Shown here: one piece after another, positions 19,694 through 30,064 of the stretch
Numbering within the stretch: the stretch's first letter is position 1
Layout: every line of letters begins with the position of its first letter
NCBI GenBank assembly: GCA_045047115.1
Contig: JASFYR010000014.1
Span: 1-64,000, forward strand
Origin: Sulfurospirillum sp.
GTDB lineage: Bacteria; Campylobacterota; Campylobacteria; Campylobacterales; Sulfurospirillaceae
DNA: 64,000 nucleotides
Reading direction: 5' to 3'
Program-made: the position numbers and the translations under genes
The notes under the pieces: model-generated
The model's input: the letters and a program-made list of their open reading frames with translations, nothing else
Told to the model about the DNA's origin: nothing
The model's database searches: none

Positions 19694-22081
19694 ATGAAAT
19701 CTCTAGTCCTAATACTTATCGTATCAATTCAGGTTTTTGCTTTAAATATATATCTAAACAGTGCAAAAGAGAATGGGCTGACTTACGCCATTTTGCATAT
19801 TGTTGATGATGGAGCAATAGAGTGTCATACTGTTCCGCTCGCACTTGATAAGAAAAACTATATCTGCAAATTTAACAAGATTGTAAAAACTAAGATTGAA
19901 GAGAAAAAGCTAAGGCTTGTCAACATAGATTTTTTAGAGAAAAATAGTGAATTTTATATAAAAATAGATCCAAAATACAACTCAAAACTCCTTTCCTTAA
20001 ACGAAAAACTTTATGATACTAAAGAGGTTATGGACGAGAAAGGAGTTATGAAGAGCAAACATTGGGTTATTTTATTGTATAAAAAGCCCCCTTTTGGAAA
20101 AGTTTTAAAAACTGAAGGGATTAATTTTCCTGTAACTTACGATAAGTATCAAAAGCCATCTATCGGTCCCGTAGATTTAAACGGAGCCCCAATATCATAT
20201 ATAAAAAGCAAAGATATAAACTACTATCTTGAGATCCAACGAGAGTTTAGGGATAAGGATTATAACAATGTCATAAAAGATATTGATAGAGTTTTAAAAC
20301 AATACCCGACAAGTATATTTAAGAGTGATTTGCTTTTGTATAAGCTTAAATCAATGGATATAAGTATAGAAAAAAATATTTCTCCAGTCTCTGATCGATA
20401 TTCAAACAGCGATGTGACAAAATTGGCTAAAAGCTGGATCAGAGAGTTTTCTTCAAGTGAGAGTATTCCACAGGTTCTTTTAATTCTGGTAAAGAGTTAT
20501 TTGAGATCAGAATCAAGTTCAGATGCAAATTATTTTCTTGATATTTTGATAACAGAGCACAAAAACAGTCCATATGCCAAGAAAGCAATTTTGTATTATG
20601 CAGACTCGCTATACAATAAAAACAACAAGATAAAAGCGATGAAACTTTATGAAGATGTTCTTTATAGTGCAAAAAATTTGGATATAGCCTCACTTGCAGC
20701 AATCAGATTGGCCAATTCAAATATAAATATGGGTAAATCACAAAAAGCAAAAGAGTACTTGTTGAAAGTACTAAATGCAAATAAAAATTATCTGCTAAGA
20801 GACAAGGAGGCAACCTCCAGACTGGCAGTTAAGCTGGCAGCAAACGGACTGGAGAGGATAGCAGCAACTCTAAATGATCTATTGTTGAAAAACTTATCCA
20901 AAGGTGAGTATAGCACAAAGGAGCTGCTTTTAAAACAGGCAGGCGATTGGTATGCGAAGGCCGGTGATACAAACAAAGCATATGACAGATACAAAGAGTA
21001 TAAAAAAGATTATAAAAACGGTATATATATCAATGAGGTCAATAAAGCTATAGATAGACTCTTCTTCAAGATGAAAGATTCAAATGAAACAAAGTTGTTA
21101 AACTACTACAATTTGTTGATAAAAAAATACAACAATGACATAAAAGATAAAGCTGTTATAGAAAAAGCAAAACTATTGTTAAAGCAGAAAAAGTATCAAA
21201 ATGTAATTGAGATGAAATCTTTATTGTTGAGTGCAGTAGATAAGAATTCGACTACAGCCAAAGATATTATAACTAAGGCATCTGTAGTTTTAATTAATAA
21301 AGACCTTAAAGAAAGTAGATGTCAAAAAGCTATAAATTTACTTGAGGAAAATTCGATTAATATGTATAGCATAGATGATTCCAACAGGTTGTTTGAGTGT
21401 CTTATGATAACAGCAAGATATAAAAAAGCAAGAAGCCTTTCAGAATCAAAACTAAAAATTGATAATTTAAAAAAGAAGTTTATTTGGTTGGAAAATCTTG
21501 TGATTGCATATCAAAAATTACAAAAATATGACAAGATTATTAGTCTCAAAAACGATTTATTTAAACTTTCAAAAATAATTAATAAACCAATTATTGCACC
21601 TGTTTATAGAGATTTATTTAATTCATATTTCTATAAAAAGATGTATAATCAAGCTTTAAACATACTACAAAAGTTAGACAGGCAATGGCCAAATGATATC
21701 AAAAATATCGAATCTTATTATAAAATGGCAAATTACGCAAATAGTATGAGAGAAGATCTGTTGCAGATAGGCTATTTGAAAAAAATAATATTCTTACAAA
21801 AAAAATATAGTATAAATTATTATAGCCCAAAAGTAGAGTTTATGTATATAGACGCCCTGAAAAGACTCTCAAAACTTCAAGTTGCACGTAGAATAGCGGA
21901 GAATTTAAGAGTGAAAAAACTAAGTTATAAAGATAAATCTAGAGTTTTATATGAGCTGGGCGAATTAAATTTAAAATTAAAAGATACCAAAAAGGCAAAA
22001 AAATATTTTTCAGAGTGTTCACAAATTCCAAAAGATAACTCTTGGAAAGGATTGTGTAAAGATAATTTACAACTTTTTTAA
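19694..22081 (+). CDS. pflA: Paralysed-flagellum protein A-like TPR protein
   Basis: Signal peptide, PSIGPVDLNGAP motif, long TPR-like helical repeats, ~795 aa; lies directly after nuoN as in Campylobacter. Confidence 0.7.
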   Translation: MKSLVLILIVSIQVFALNIYLNSAKENGLTYAILHIVDDGAIECHTVPLALDKKNYICKFNKIVKTKIEEKKLRLVNIDFLEKNSEFYIKIDPKYNSKLLSLNEKLYDTKEVMDEKGVMKSKHWVILLYKKPPFGKVLKTEGINFPVTYDKYQKPSIGPVDLNGAPISYIKSKDINYYLEIQREFRDKDYNNVIKDIDRVLKQYPTSIFKSDLLLYKLKSMDISIEKNISPVSDRYSNSDVTKLAKSWIREFSSSESIPQVLLILVKSYLRSESSSDANYFLDILITEHKNSPYAKKAILYYADSLYNKNNKIKAMKLYEDVLYSAKNLDIASLAAIRLANSNINMGKSQKAKEYLLKVLNANKNYLLRDKEATSRLAVKLAANGLERIAATLNDLLLKNLSKGEYSTKELLLKQAGDWYAKAGDTNKAYDRYKEYKKDYKNGIYINEVNKAIDRLFFKMKDSNETKLLNYYNLLIKKYNNDIKDKAVIEKAKLLLKQKKYQNVIEMKSLLLSAVDKNSTTAKDIITKASVVLINKDLKESRCQKAINLLEENSINMYSIDDSNRLFECLMITARYKKARSLSESKLKIDNLKKKFIWLENLVIAYQKLQKYDKIISLKNDLFKLSKIINKPIIAPVYRDLFNSYFYKKMYNQALNILQKLDRQWPNDIKNIESYYKMANYANSMREDLLQIGYLKKIIFLQKKYSINYYSPKVEFMYIDALKRLSKLQVARRIAENLRVKKLSYKDKSRVLYELGELNLKLKDTKKAKKYFSECSQIPKDNSWKGLCKDNLQLF

Positions 22082-22954
22082 CGCCTTGTATATGTATTTT
22101 GCATCACCTTTTATATGTGGAGCAAATTGTGTAGAGTTAAAAGTTTTCTGCCTTTTGGCTAGTTTTGCTGTATTTTGGCTGATCTTTTCTCGTAATTCAT
22201 CCATATCTAAAAAGCCATCTAAAAACTCCAAAGTCTCTTTTATGCCTATTGATCTCATAGAATTTGGAGTTCTTGTATATGTTTTTTCAAGACGAACTAC
22301 TTCGTCTATAAGTCCATTTTTGATCATATGAGAGGTTCTTAAATCTATCCTCTTTCTGAGTGACTCTTTTTGTGTCTCTATCTCAAAAATCTCTATATCT
22401 CTTATGAGTGGTTTTTGTTTGTGAAGTTTAAAGTATTCACTTGCCACAAGACCGCTTTGCAGGTAGATTTCAAACCATTTTTCTATTCTGTACGAATCGT
22501 TATTTGATATTTTTTGTGCATACGACTGATCATAATTTTCCATAATTTTATAAGCATTCTTTATATCTCTAAGAGCAATTGCCACTTTTTGTTTTGTTTC
22601 TTGGCTTATAGCGGGTTTTTGACTAAGTCCTGTAAGAAGTGATTTTAGATAGAAGCCCGTACCGCCAACAATGATGAGATTCTTACTTTCATTTACGGAG
22701 CACTCTTTTGCTTTTTTATATATATCGAAGAAGATAGAGACATTGAAATCAACATCAGGATAAATCTCGTCGATACCAAAATGCCTGATACCTTCTCTCT
22801 CTTTTAGAGTTGGCTTGGCAGAAGCAATGTCAATCTCTTTGTAGATGCTGAGTGAGTCAAGCGAAAGTATATTGGCATTAAACTCTTTGGCTAGTGTTAT
22901 GGACAAGGAAGTTTTTCCGCTGGCAGTTGGACCTAAAATGGCTATTGTTTTCAT
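22067..22954 (-). CDS. miaA: tRNA dimethylallyltransferase
   Basis: GPTASGKT, DSLSIYK, ASAKP, VGGTGFY and LAKRQ. Confidence 0.95.
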   Translation of the reverse strand: MKTIAILGPTASGKTSLSITLAKEFNANILSLDSLSIYKEIDIASAKPTLKEREGIRHFGIDEIYPDVDFNVSIFFDIYKKAKECSVNESKNLIIVGGTGFYLKSLLTGLSQKPAISQETKQKVAIALRDIKNAYKIMENYDQSYAQKISNNDSYRIEKWFEIYLQSGLVASEYFKLHKQKPLIRDIEIFEIETQKESLRKRIDLRTSHMIKNGLIDEVVRLEKTYTRTPNSMRSIGIKETLEFLDGFLDMDELREKISQNTAKLAKRQKTFNSTQFAPHIKGDAKYIYKALKKL

Positions 22955-23041
22955 ATTTTTTGCTCCTGAAATGGGAATTATAACACTTTTAATCTCATTT
23001 ATAGTAAAATTGATGATAAATCATTTTAAGTGGGGTAGTAG

Positions 23042-23911
23042 ATGCAAAGATATATAAAAGTGCTCAAAGATATAGGTGAACTTATCATGTTTAAACATTC
23101 GGTTTTCTCTTTACCTTTTATTTTTATCTCTATGATTGTTTACTCTTCTAGCTTAAATGGTACTATGTGGTTTGGCTGGAGACTGCTTTTTTTGGGTCTT
23201 ATTGCCGCACTCAGTGCCAGAAATTTTGCCATGAGTTTTAACAGATGGGCAGATAAAGATATAGACAAATTTAACCCAAGAACTGCTTCGAGACCAAGTG
23301 TGGACGGTAGAATAGGTAAAAAAAATATTCTGATATTTATAGTGACAAATGCTGCAGTTTTTATAATTGTTGCATATTTTATAAACTCATTGGCATTTTG
23401 GCTTTCTGTGCCCATTTTGATTATATTGGGCGGATATTCGATATTTAAAAGATTTTCTGCTACTGCTCATCTTATTTTGGGATTTTCATTAGGGTTGGCA
23501 CCTATCGCCGGAGCTGTTGCAATTGGCGGTGACATACCTATATGGTCACTAATGCTTTGTATAGGAGTTAGCTATTGGGTTGCCGGGTTTGATTTGCTAT
23601 ACTCTTTGCAAGATATTGAGTATGACAAAAACAACAAACTCTTTTCCATCCCTTCAAAATATGGTAAAGATGCAACTATGTTTATATCAAAATTATTTCA
23701 TTTTCAAACTATAATTTTTTGGCTCTTCTTTGTCTATTTGGCTGGTTTAGGTTTTTGGGCATATGCGGGAGTTGCTATTTCAGCTATAATACTTTTTTAT
23801 GAACATAAGATTGTATCAAAAGATTTTTCAAAAATAGATCGAGCATTTTTTACTTTAAATGGATATTTGGGTATCATATTTTTTATATTTGTCTGGTTTG
23901 ATTTGATTTAG
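23042..23911 (+). CDS. mqnP: UbiA-family prenyltransferase of futalosine-pathway menaquinone synthesis (MqnP-like)
   Basis: FNRWADKDIDKFNPRTASRP, YSLQDIEYD and AFFTLNG; multi-TM. Confidence 0.8.
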   Translation: MQRYIKVLKDIGELIMFKHSVFSLPFIFISMIVYSSSLNGTMWFGWRLLFLGLIAALSARNFAMSFNRWADKDIDKFNPRTASRPSVDGRIGKKNILIFIVTNAAVFIIVAYFINSLAFWLSVPILIILGGYSIFKRFSATAHLILGFSLGLAPIAGAVAIGGDIPIWSLMLCIGVSYWVAGFDLLYSLQDIEYDKNNKLFSIPSKYGKDATMFISKLFHFQTIIFWLFFVYLAGLGFWAYAGVAISAIILFYEHKIVSKDFSKIDRAFFTLNGYLGIIFFIFVWFDLI

Positions 23912-23927
23912 TTAGTGGAGTAATGTA

Positions 23928-24455
23928 ATGGAAAATATAAGATTCGTATCGGCCCCTTTAAAGATAAACTTTAGTGAAATCGGTGGCGATGATGAAAAAT
24001 ACAAAAGAGAGTTCGATAAGTTGGTCAGTAGTGACGAAGACAGTGTCGGACAATGGTTGAAGCTTGCAAAAGCAAGAGGCGAGACCAGTGAAAGTGATCA
24101 GGTTTTGTTGAATTTGATTGTGGAATTGCATAGAAAGATAGATGATTTGACCGCTTATCTAAAAAATGAAAAACCAACTTATTTGAATTTGAAATTTGCA
24201 AAAGATGTGGAATCCGTGGGGTTTGAACATTTTAAATTAAAAGATGGTGGATTGAAGCTGGATACAAGGTATTATGGACGAATTTTGATGCCTGTTTTTC
24301 CAAAAAGAGAGTTTCCGATCTTTTTTAAAGCACTGGATAAAGATATGGCTGAAATAGTTTTGATGCACGAGCCTGATGTTAAAGACTGGAGTAGTTATAT
24401 GAGTGCACGAGAGAGAGTGATGATAAGAGAGGCAAAAGCCTTAAAGGGAGAATGA
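23928..24455 (+). CDS. Conserved hypothetical protein (possibly degenerate PilZ-like)
   Basis: Good RBS; coiled segment LIVELHRKIDDL, a beta-rich region and a RERVMIRE C-terminal helix. Confidence 0.6.
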   Translation: MENIRFVSAPLKINFSEIGGDDEKYKREFDKLVSSDEDSVGQWLKLAKARGETSESDQVLLNLIVELHRKIDDLTAYLKNEKPTYLNLKFAKDVESVGFEHFKLKDGGLKLDTRYYGRILMPVFPKREFPIFFKALDKDMAEIVLMHEPDVKDWSSYMSARERVMIREAKALKGE

Positions 24456-24962
24456 GTGAATATAGAGTTGATAGCTATAATTGCATTGAGTGTTTTGGTT
24501 TTTATACTCTTTTTCTTGGTTTTTATAAGAGACCAGGAAGTATCGAGAAAGCTGAGGGTATATGAAAAAATCATTGAAGATTTAAATAGAGAAAATCACA
24601 CTATATCTACAAACATAGAAAAAACTTTATCTCAAAAAGCTCTTGATTTTGATACAATTGGGACTAAACTTAAGGTAGAAGTAAAAAGTGAAGTCCAAAA
24701 ATCACTTGCTCCTTTGGTGGGCTCCATAAAAGAGATAGAGAGCGTAATGCAAAATTTCCAAGATGAACAGATAAGAAGGATTGATGCGCTCGAAGACGGA
24801 AAAAAAACTGTAAATTTTGTAGCTCCAAATATGGTTGATTCAAATGAAAAATTGATTATTTCCCAATATAAAAAAGGCAAAAGTGAAGCCATGATAGCCA
24901 AGGATTTGAGAATTGGTATAGGAGAGGTTGATTTGATACTAAAATTGGCAAATCTCAAGTGA
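24456..24962 (+). CDS. Membrane-anchored coiled-coil protein with a C-terminal HTH-like segment (DUF2802/DUF6115-like)
   Basis: N-terminal TM, coiled coil and C-terminal IAKDLRIGIGEVDLILKL. Confidence 0.65.
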   Translation: MNIELIAIIALSVLVFILFFLVFIRDQEVSRKLRVYEKIIEDLNRENHTISTNIEKTLSQKALDFDTIGTKLKVEVKSEVQKSLAPLVGSIKEIESVMQNFQDEQIRRIDALEDGKKTVNFVAPNMVDSNEKLIISQYKKGKSEAMIAKDLRIGIGEVDLILKLANLK

Positions 24963-25672
24963 TAAAAGTTGATTCCTCATGGCAAGGCATAATAGAAAAG
25001 TCCTATAGTAAATTTCGACCTGCATATAGGAATTTTTTAGAAAATGATAAAGATTATTTTCCCTCTTATGATAATTTTCTCAATGCTTTTAAGACTCTTC
25101 CAGTGGATAAAACAAGATATATACTCTTTGGTCAAGATCCATATCCCAGAGAAGAGAGTGCTATAGGATATGCATTTATAGATGGTGGAGTCGGCGATAT
25201 TTTTAGTGAAAATGGACTAAGTAAAAGTGTAAATCGAGCAACAAGTCTTAGAAACTTTATAAAAATGCTTCTGGTTTCAAAAGAGGTGCTAAGCGAGGAT
25301 GATTGTACACCAAATGCAATAAAAAAACTAGATAAAAAATATTTTATTAGAAATATTATGGAGCTAAAAGACAATTTTGAAAAAAATGGAGTTTTGCTTT
25401 TAAATATGTCTCTTATTTTCACAAGCAAAAAAGAGACGCCTCTACATGTAAAGGAATTTTTGCCGTTTATAAGTGAGCTTTTATGGCAGATACAAAATAG
25501 AGACATAGGCTTGATTATGCTTGGCAATATATCAAAAAAGATACAAAAAAAGATACCACACTGTAAAGATTTTAGAATTTTTGAAGCGATGCACCCTTAT
25601 AATATCGGATTTATAAAAGATTCATCAGTAAGAGATTTTTTCAAACCAATGAATCTTTTAGATAGAAATTAG
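24959..25672 (+). CDS. Uracil-DNA glycosylase (family-1-like, divergent)
   Basis: ILFGQDPYP catalytic motif, GVLLLN and HP motif. Confidence 0.8.
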   Translation: MIKVDSSWQGIIEKSYSKFRPAYRNFLENDKDYFPSYDNFLNAFKTLPVDKTRYILFGQDPYPREESAIGYAFIDGGVGDIFSENGLSKSVNRATSLRNFIKMLLVSKEVLSEDDCTPNAIKKLDKKYFIRNIMELKDNFEKNGVLLLNMSLIFTSKKETPLHVKEFLPFISELLWQIQNRDIGLIMLGNISKKIQKKIPHCKDFRIFEAMHPYNIGFIKDSSVRDFFKPMNLLDRN

Positions 25673-27093
25673 ATTTTTTCTTCACTCATATCATTTAGCA
25701 GGTCAAAGAGTTTTTTACTTGCTTTTTCCATTTCTGTAAAGTTTTCTACTATCAAATCGAGCTTATCCATACTAAAGCCCTGCTGTATAATCTCTAAATT
25801 ATCTGCTATACTTTGATGGACTATCTCATGAGGTTCTTTGATAAGAGGGTAATTCTTTGTCTTCTCAAAATGTTTTTTACCATCTCCGTTATAGTACCAT
25901 TTGCCAAGTCTGCAAGTTTGATCGTTTGTAAAGAGTTCATCTTTTCGTTCGTTTAGCACCGCACTATATGCTTTTGTCTTAAAGATGATATGGTCTATCT
26001 CGGCAAGGATAGTAAAAGTTTTATTTTCAACTTTCAACGATATATCTGCAGTTTTTGTAGCATCTTTACTAAAGTCATTCAAAGTTGTTTCAAAGTTGAC
26101 AATATTTTCTACCGAGTCGTTTGCGATGCCGTCAATTCTCTCGGAATTTGCATGTATGCCATTTGTTTCTTGTTGCAGAGTTTGTACGGTTATTGCAATC
26201 TCCTGAGTTGCTTTTTGCGTTCTCTCTGCCAATTTTCTCACCTCGTCTGCCACGACGGCAAAACCTCTACCGTGCTCTCCTGCTCGGGCTGCTTCTATGG
26301 CAGCATTGAGTGCCAGGAGATTTGTTTGGTCGGCTATATCTTTTATGAGATTTACGACAGAGCTTATCTCGCTTGCTCTTTCATTTAATGAGTTTATAGC
26401 CTCGTTTGTGCTGACTATCAAACCAAGCAGCTCTTTCATTCCATCAGATATGCTAGATACTACACCTAAACTTTCATTTGATTTGTTTGCTGTTTTTTGT
26501 GACATCTGTGCTATGTCATTGATGAGATTTACGTTATTGCTTAGATTTTCCTGGATTCCGGAAATTCCTTTTATACCATTTCCCAATTCTGAGAATTTAT
26601 TTGAAAGTGCGCCTTTTATCTTTCCTTTTTCTCCGTCAATTATGCCTTGTACTCCAGCGGTTATGTATTTTCCATTTGTCTCAAAGAGTCCCCGAAAACC
26701 CGCGTTAAATATATTTCTAAATGTTTTTCCTTGACCCGCTGATTCTATAGAGGTCTTTGTTTCTCTCATAAATGCTTCAACCTGGTCAAGCATATCGTTT
26801 ACACCAAGAGCTATCTTTGAGAGAGGATCTTTTTTGTCTATATTTGTGATTCTAGGCTCAAGGTCGCCATTTCTGGCACTGTTTGTTACATCAAGAATTT
26901 TTTCATACAGTTCTTTATCGCAACCTAGTTTTTTACTGCCACCAAAGATAGAACCTATAACCAACCCTAAGTATGCAGTGGAATTACCAACTCCATCGCC
27001 ATTTAAAATTCCATGTATTGTTATTATCGTCAGAGCAATTGCAAATAGAATTTGTGGTTTATAATCTTTGTAAATCATTTGAAAACTCTTCAT
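25669..27093 (-). CDS. Methyl-accepting chemotaxis protein (CetA-like) with a C-terminal CZB domain
   Basis: [41 protein letters not shown]-terminal DH...CRLGKWY...H..VH. Confidence 0.92.
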   Translation of the reverse strand: MKSFQMIYKDYKPQILFAIALTIITIHGILNGDGVGNSTAYLGLVIGSIFGGSKKLGCDKELYEKILDVTNSARNGDLEPRITNIDKKDPLSKIALGVNDMLDQVEAFMRETKTSIESAGQGKTFRNIFNAGFRGLFETNGKYITAGVQGIIDGEKGKIKGALSNKFSELGNGIKGISGIQENLSNNVNLINDIAQMSQKTANKSNESLGVVSSISDGMKELLGLIVSTNEAINSLNERASEISSVVNLIKDIADQTNLLALNAAIEAARAGEHGRGFAVVADEVRKLAERTQKATQEIAITVQTLQQETNGIHANSERIDGIANDSVENIVNFETTLNDFSKDATKTADISLKVENKTFTILAEIDHIIFKTKAYSAVLNERKDELFTNDQTCRLGKWYYNGDGKKHFEKTKNYPLIKEPHEIVHQSIADNLEIIQQGFSMDKLDLIVENFTEMEKASKKLFDLLNDMSEEKI

Positions 27094-27571
27094 AGCTAAT
27101 CCCCTTCTCTTTTAGTAAATCATTTAGATATCTTTCACTCTCACTCATGCCCCCGTTTCTCTCAAGAGAGAGTATTTTTTCATATATAGGTTTGATGATG
27201 TTTAATCCCTTTGGATTGACTTTTCGTCTGACAGAGTAGTAGCCGATGATATTTTCTCTTTCGTCAAATGATGCTGTAACATTTGCATAAACCCAGTAAA
27301 AACCGCCATCAAAACGAAGATTTTTTACATAAGCAAATATCTCACCCCCGTTTTGAATCTTCTCCCAAAAGAGTTTAAATACCGCCCTTGGCATATCGGG
27401 ATGCCTGACAACATTATGGGGTTTTCCCAAAAGATCTCTCTCTTGCGCTCCGGCTGCTTTCATAAAAGGTTCATTACAATAAGTTATGACTCCTTTCCTG
27501 TCGGTTTTTGAGACTAAAAAACCTTGCTCACTAAGTTCGAATTCTATATTGGTAGGAGTTACTTTTGACAT
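27059..27571 (-). CDS. Stand-alone Aer-type PAS sensor (CetB-like)
   Basis: [34 protein letters not shown] and YYSVRR. Confidence 0.9.
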   Translation of the reverse strand: MSKVTPTNIEFELSEQGFLVSKTDRKGVITYCNEPFMKAAGAQERDLLGKPHNVVRHPDMPRAVFKLFWEKIQNGGEIFAYVKNLRFDGGFYWVYANVTASFDERENIIGYYSVRRKVNPKGLNIIKPIYEKILSLERNGGMSESERYLNDLLKEKGISYEEFSNDLQRL

Positions 27572-27662
27572 AGAATTATCCTTTATTTTTTGAGCGATTA
27601 TATCAAAATTTTATTAATTTGTTAGTTAGGAAGTGTATAATACCTCAAAAAAAAGGTAAATT

Positions 27663-28631
27663 ATGTTGATAGACGGACATGGAAGAAAAGTAAATTATCT
27701 AAGAATCTCTGTTACTGAGAGATGCAATTTCAGATGCCAGTATTGTATGCCTGAAAAACCATTCTCTTGGGTACCAAAAGAGAACCTGCTCAGTTTTGAA
27801 GATCTGTTTTTATTTGTAAAAGTCGGAATTGATGAGGGAATTGATAAGATAAGGATAACAGGTGGCGAGCCACTCTTGCGAGCCGATTTGGATAAGTTTA
27901 TAAAGATGATAAACGACTACAAAAGCGATATGGATTTGGCTTTGACGACAAATGGTTTTTTACTCAAAGAGACAGCCAGAGATCTAAAGAGAGCCGGGCT
28001 TAAGAGAATAAATGTTTCACTTGATTCACTAAAAGCCGGAGTTGCCATGAAGATAGCACAAAGAGATGTCCTTGTTAAGGTATTAGAAGGCATAGACAGA
28101 GCTCTACATGTAGGTTTGGGCGTAAAGATAAATACTGTCCCCCTAAAAGGTATAAATGATGATGAAGTTCTTGATTTATTGGAATTTGCGAGAGAGAAGA
28201 ATATACCTATCAGATTTATAGAGTATATGGAAAACAAATTTGCAAAAGACAAACTTCAGGGACTAAATGGTGATGAAATACAGGAGATAATTTCTCAAAG
28301 ATACAAATTTAAGCCAGTCGGCAGAGTTGCCTCGTCTCCCGCACATCTTTTTGAGTTAGAAGATGGATACAAGTTTGGTATCATAGACCCCCATAAGCAT
28401 GATTTTTGTGAAGACTGTAACCGCATCAGACTGACAGCAGAGGGCATGCTTATACCGTGTTTGTATTTTGATGAGGCTATGAGCATAAAAGATTCAGTTC
28501 AAAAAGGCGATGTGAAGGGTGCTGCAAATGTTTTAAAGGAGGTGTTGGCAAACAAACCTGAGAAAAATAAGTGGAGCAGTGATGATACAAATGAGACTTC
28601 CGATAGAGCTTTTTACGAGACAGGAGGTTAA
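27663..28631 (+). CDS. moaA: GTP 3',8-cyclase (molybdenum cofactor biosynthesis)
   Basis: CNFRCQYC radical-SAM motif, FCEDCNRIR...PCL and C-terminal GG. Confidence 0.96.
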   Translation: MLIDGHGRKVNYLRISVTERCNFRCQYCMPEKPFSWVPKENLLSFEDLFLFVKVGIDEGIDKIRITGGEPLLRADLDKFIKMINDYKSDMDLALTTNGFLLKETARDLKRAGLKRINVSLDSLKAGVAMKIAQRDVLVKVLEGIDRALHVGLGVKINTVPLKGINDDEVLDLLEFAREKNIPIRFIEYMENKFAKDKLQGLNGDEIQEIISQRYKFKPVGRVASSPAHLFELEDGYKFGIIDPHKHDFCEDCNRIRLTAEGMLIPCLYFDEAMSIKDSVQKGDVKGAANVLKEVLANKPEKNKWSSDDTNETSDRAFYETGG

Positions 28632-28633
28632 AA

Positions 28634-29047
28634 ATGGACGAGTTGTTTAACGCTACGATAAAATTTCATACGGCTTTTGTTGGAATACTTCTGATTTTAG
28701 CTATTGTAAACTATTTTGTTATAAATGACAAGCTTGACTATAAGGCACTTGTGAAGAGAGTTCGGACTATTTTGCCTCTTTATTATCTTTTTTTAGCAAC
28801 AGTTTTATTTACAGGATTGGTGCTTTTGGGAGTTGCAAAATTTACAATTCACTACTCAGTAATCTTCATGGTTTTGGTTTGGTTTGGCATTCTTATGATG
28901 ACTATACGCAGATACAAAAAGTTTAAATCTCTAAGAAGTGATGATGAGCGAAGGAGAGACAGGTTTGTCAAATTTTCAAAAAGAAAACATCTCATAGATA
29001 TCGCACTTATTGTTATTACTATGGCGATAGCGTACGCAACAAAGTAA
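28634..29047 (+). CDS. Hypothetical 4-TM membrane protein
   Basis: Four hydrophobic segments; co-oriented and tightly spaced in the operon. Confidence 0.65.
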   Translation: MDELFNATIKFHTAFVGILLILAIVNYFVINDKLDYKALVKRVRTILPLYYLFLATVLFTGLVLLGVAKFTIHYSVIFMVLVWFGILMMTIRRYKKFKSLRSDDERRRDRFVKFSKRKHLIDIALIVITMAIAYATK

Positions 29048-29048
29048 G

Positions 29049-29714
29049 ATGCAATTTATATATTCCAAAGAGTCCGGTTGTGATCTGTTGTGCTTGGACA
29101 CCAAAGAGTATTCTCATATTTTTAAAGTCAGAAGAGTCAAAAATGGTGAGACTCTTTTTTTTAGAAATCTTAGTGATGATGTTTTATATAGATACAAATT
29201 GATAAAAATAGACAAAAAAAAGGCAGTTTTAGAGTTTGTTGACAGCAAGGTTCTCAAGATAGAAGCCAAAAAAGCTCTTCATGTTGGGTGGTGTATGGTT
29301 GATCCAAAAACTATAGAAAAAACACTCCCTTTTTTGAATGAATTAGGGGTTTGCAAGATAAGTTTTGTATATTGTGAGTTTTCTCAAAAAAATTTTAAAA
29401 TTGATATGGGCAGACTGCGCAGGATTCTTATCAATTCAAGCCAACAATGCGGAAGAAGCTCCTTGATGCAGATTGAAATCCTAAAAAACTTAAATGAATT
29501 TTTAACGCTTTATCCAGAAAGTAAAATTATAGACTTTAGTCAAAACAGTATGAAAAAAGAGGATGCCTTTGCCTCTTTTTTAGTAGGTTGTGAGGGAGGA
29601 TTTTCAAAAAATGAAAGAGAAGAGATGAATAAAAAAAATGTATTAGGAATTGATAATAATATGATTTTAAGAAGCGAGACAGCCCTCTTGTATGTAAGTG
29701 TCTTGAATTCTTAG
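29049..29714 (+). CDS. rsmE: 16S rRNA m3U1498 methyltransferase
   Basis: HIFKVRR, ELGV, SSQQCGR, GCEGGFS and ILRSETA. Confidence 0.92.
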   Translation: MQFIYSKESGCDLLCLDTKEYSHIFKVRRVKNGETLFFRNLSDDVLYRYKLIKIDKKKAVLEFVDSKVLKIEAKKALHVGWCMVDPKTIEKTLPFLNELGVCKISFVYCEFSQKNFKIDMGRLRRILINSSQQCGRSSLMQIEILKNLNEFLTLYPESKIIDFSQNSMKKEDAFASFLVGCEGGFSKNEREEMNKKNVLGIDNNMILRSETALLYVSVLNS

Positions 29715-29722
29715 GAGTATTG

Positions 29723-29808
29723 TGTTATAATTACAATTCCCCTCCCCCTATATAGCGGTAGGCTCGAAGGGTCTATCGCTAAGTTAATTTTTACTTATCA
29801 TTAGGGGA
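29723..29808 (+). promoter_or_regulatory. rpmE promoter (TGTTATAAT) and structured 5' leader
   Basis: Extended -10 at 29723-29731; 13-bp stem 29753-29781; outer pairing CCCCTA (29745-50) / TAGGGG (29802-07). Confidence 0.5.
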
Positions 29809-29838
29809 CTTTAAATTCAAACTATTAAGGAAAACAAA

Positions 29839-30039
29839 ATGAAAAAAAATATTCATCCTGAATATGTACAATGTACTGTTACTTGCGCTTGTGGAAATAA
29901 ATTTGAAACAATGTCAAATAAGCCTGAAATGAGGATAGACATCTGCAATGAGTGTCATCCGTTTTTTACCGGCTCAGAGAAGATAGTCGATGCTGCAGGT
30001 AGAGTTGAGAAGTTCAAGAAAAAATACAATATGAAGTAA
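29839..30039 (+). CDS. rpmE: 50S ribosomal protein L31 (Zn-binding type)
   Basis: MKKNIHPEY...CACG...[10 protein letters not shown]...GRVEKF. Confidence 0.97.
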   Translation: MKKNIHPEYVQCTVTCACGNKFETMSNKPEMRIDICNECHPFFTGSEKIVDAAGRVEKFKKKYNMK

Positions 30040-30064
30040 TGTGTAGAGTTTTGGTGCCAAAAAT

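Noticed and set aside
22067..22081. Convergent overlaps (pflA/miaA; also UDG/MCP at 25669-25672)
   Set aside because: Short 3' overlaps are ordinary in compact Campylobacterota genomes
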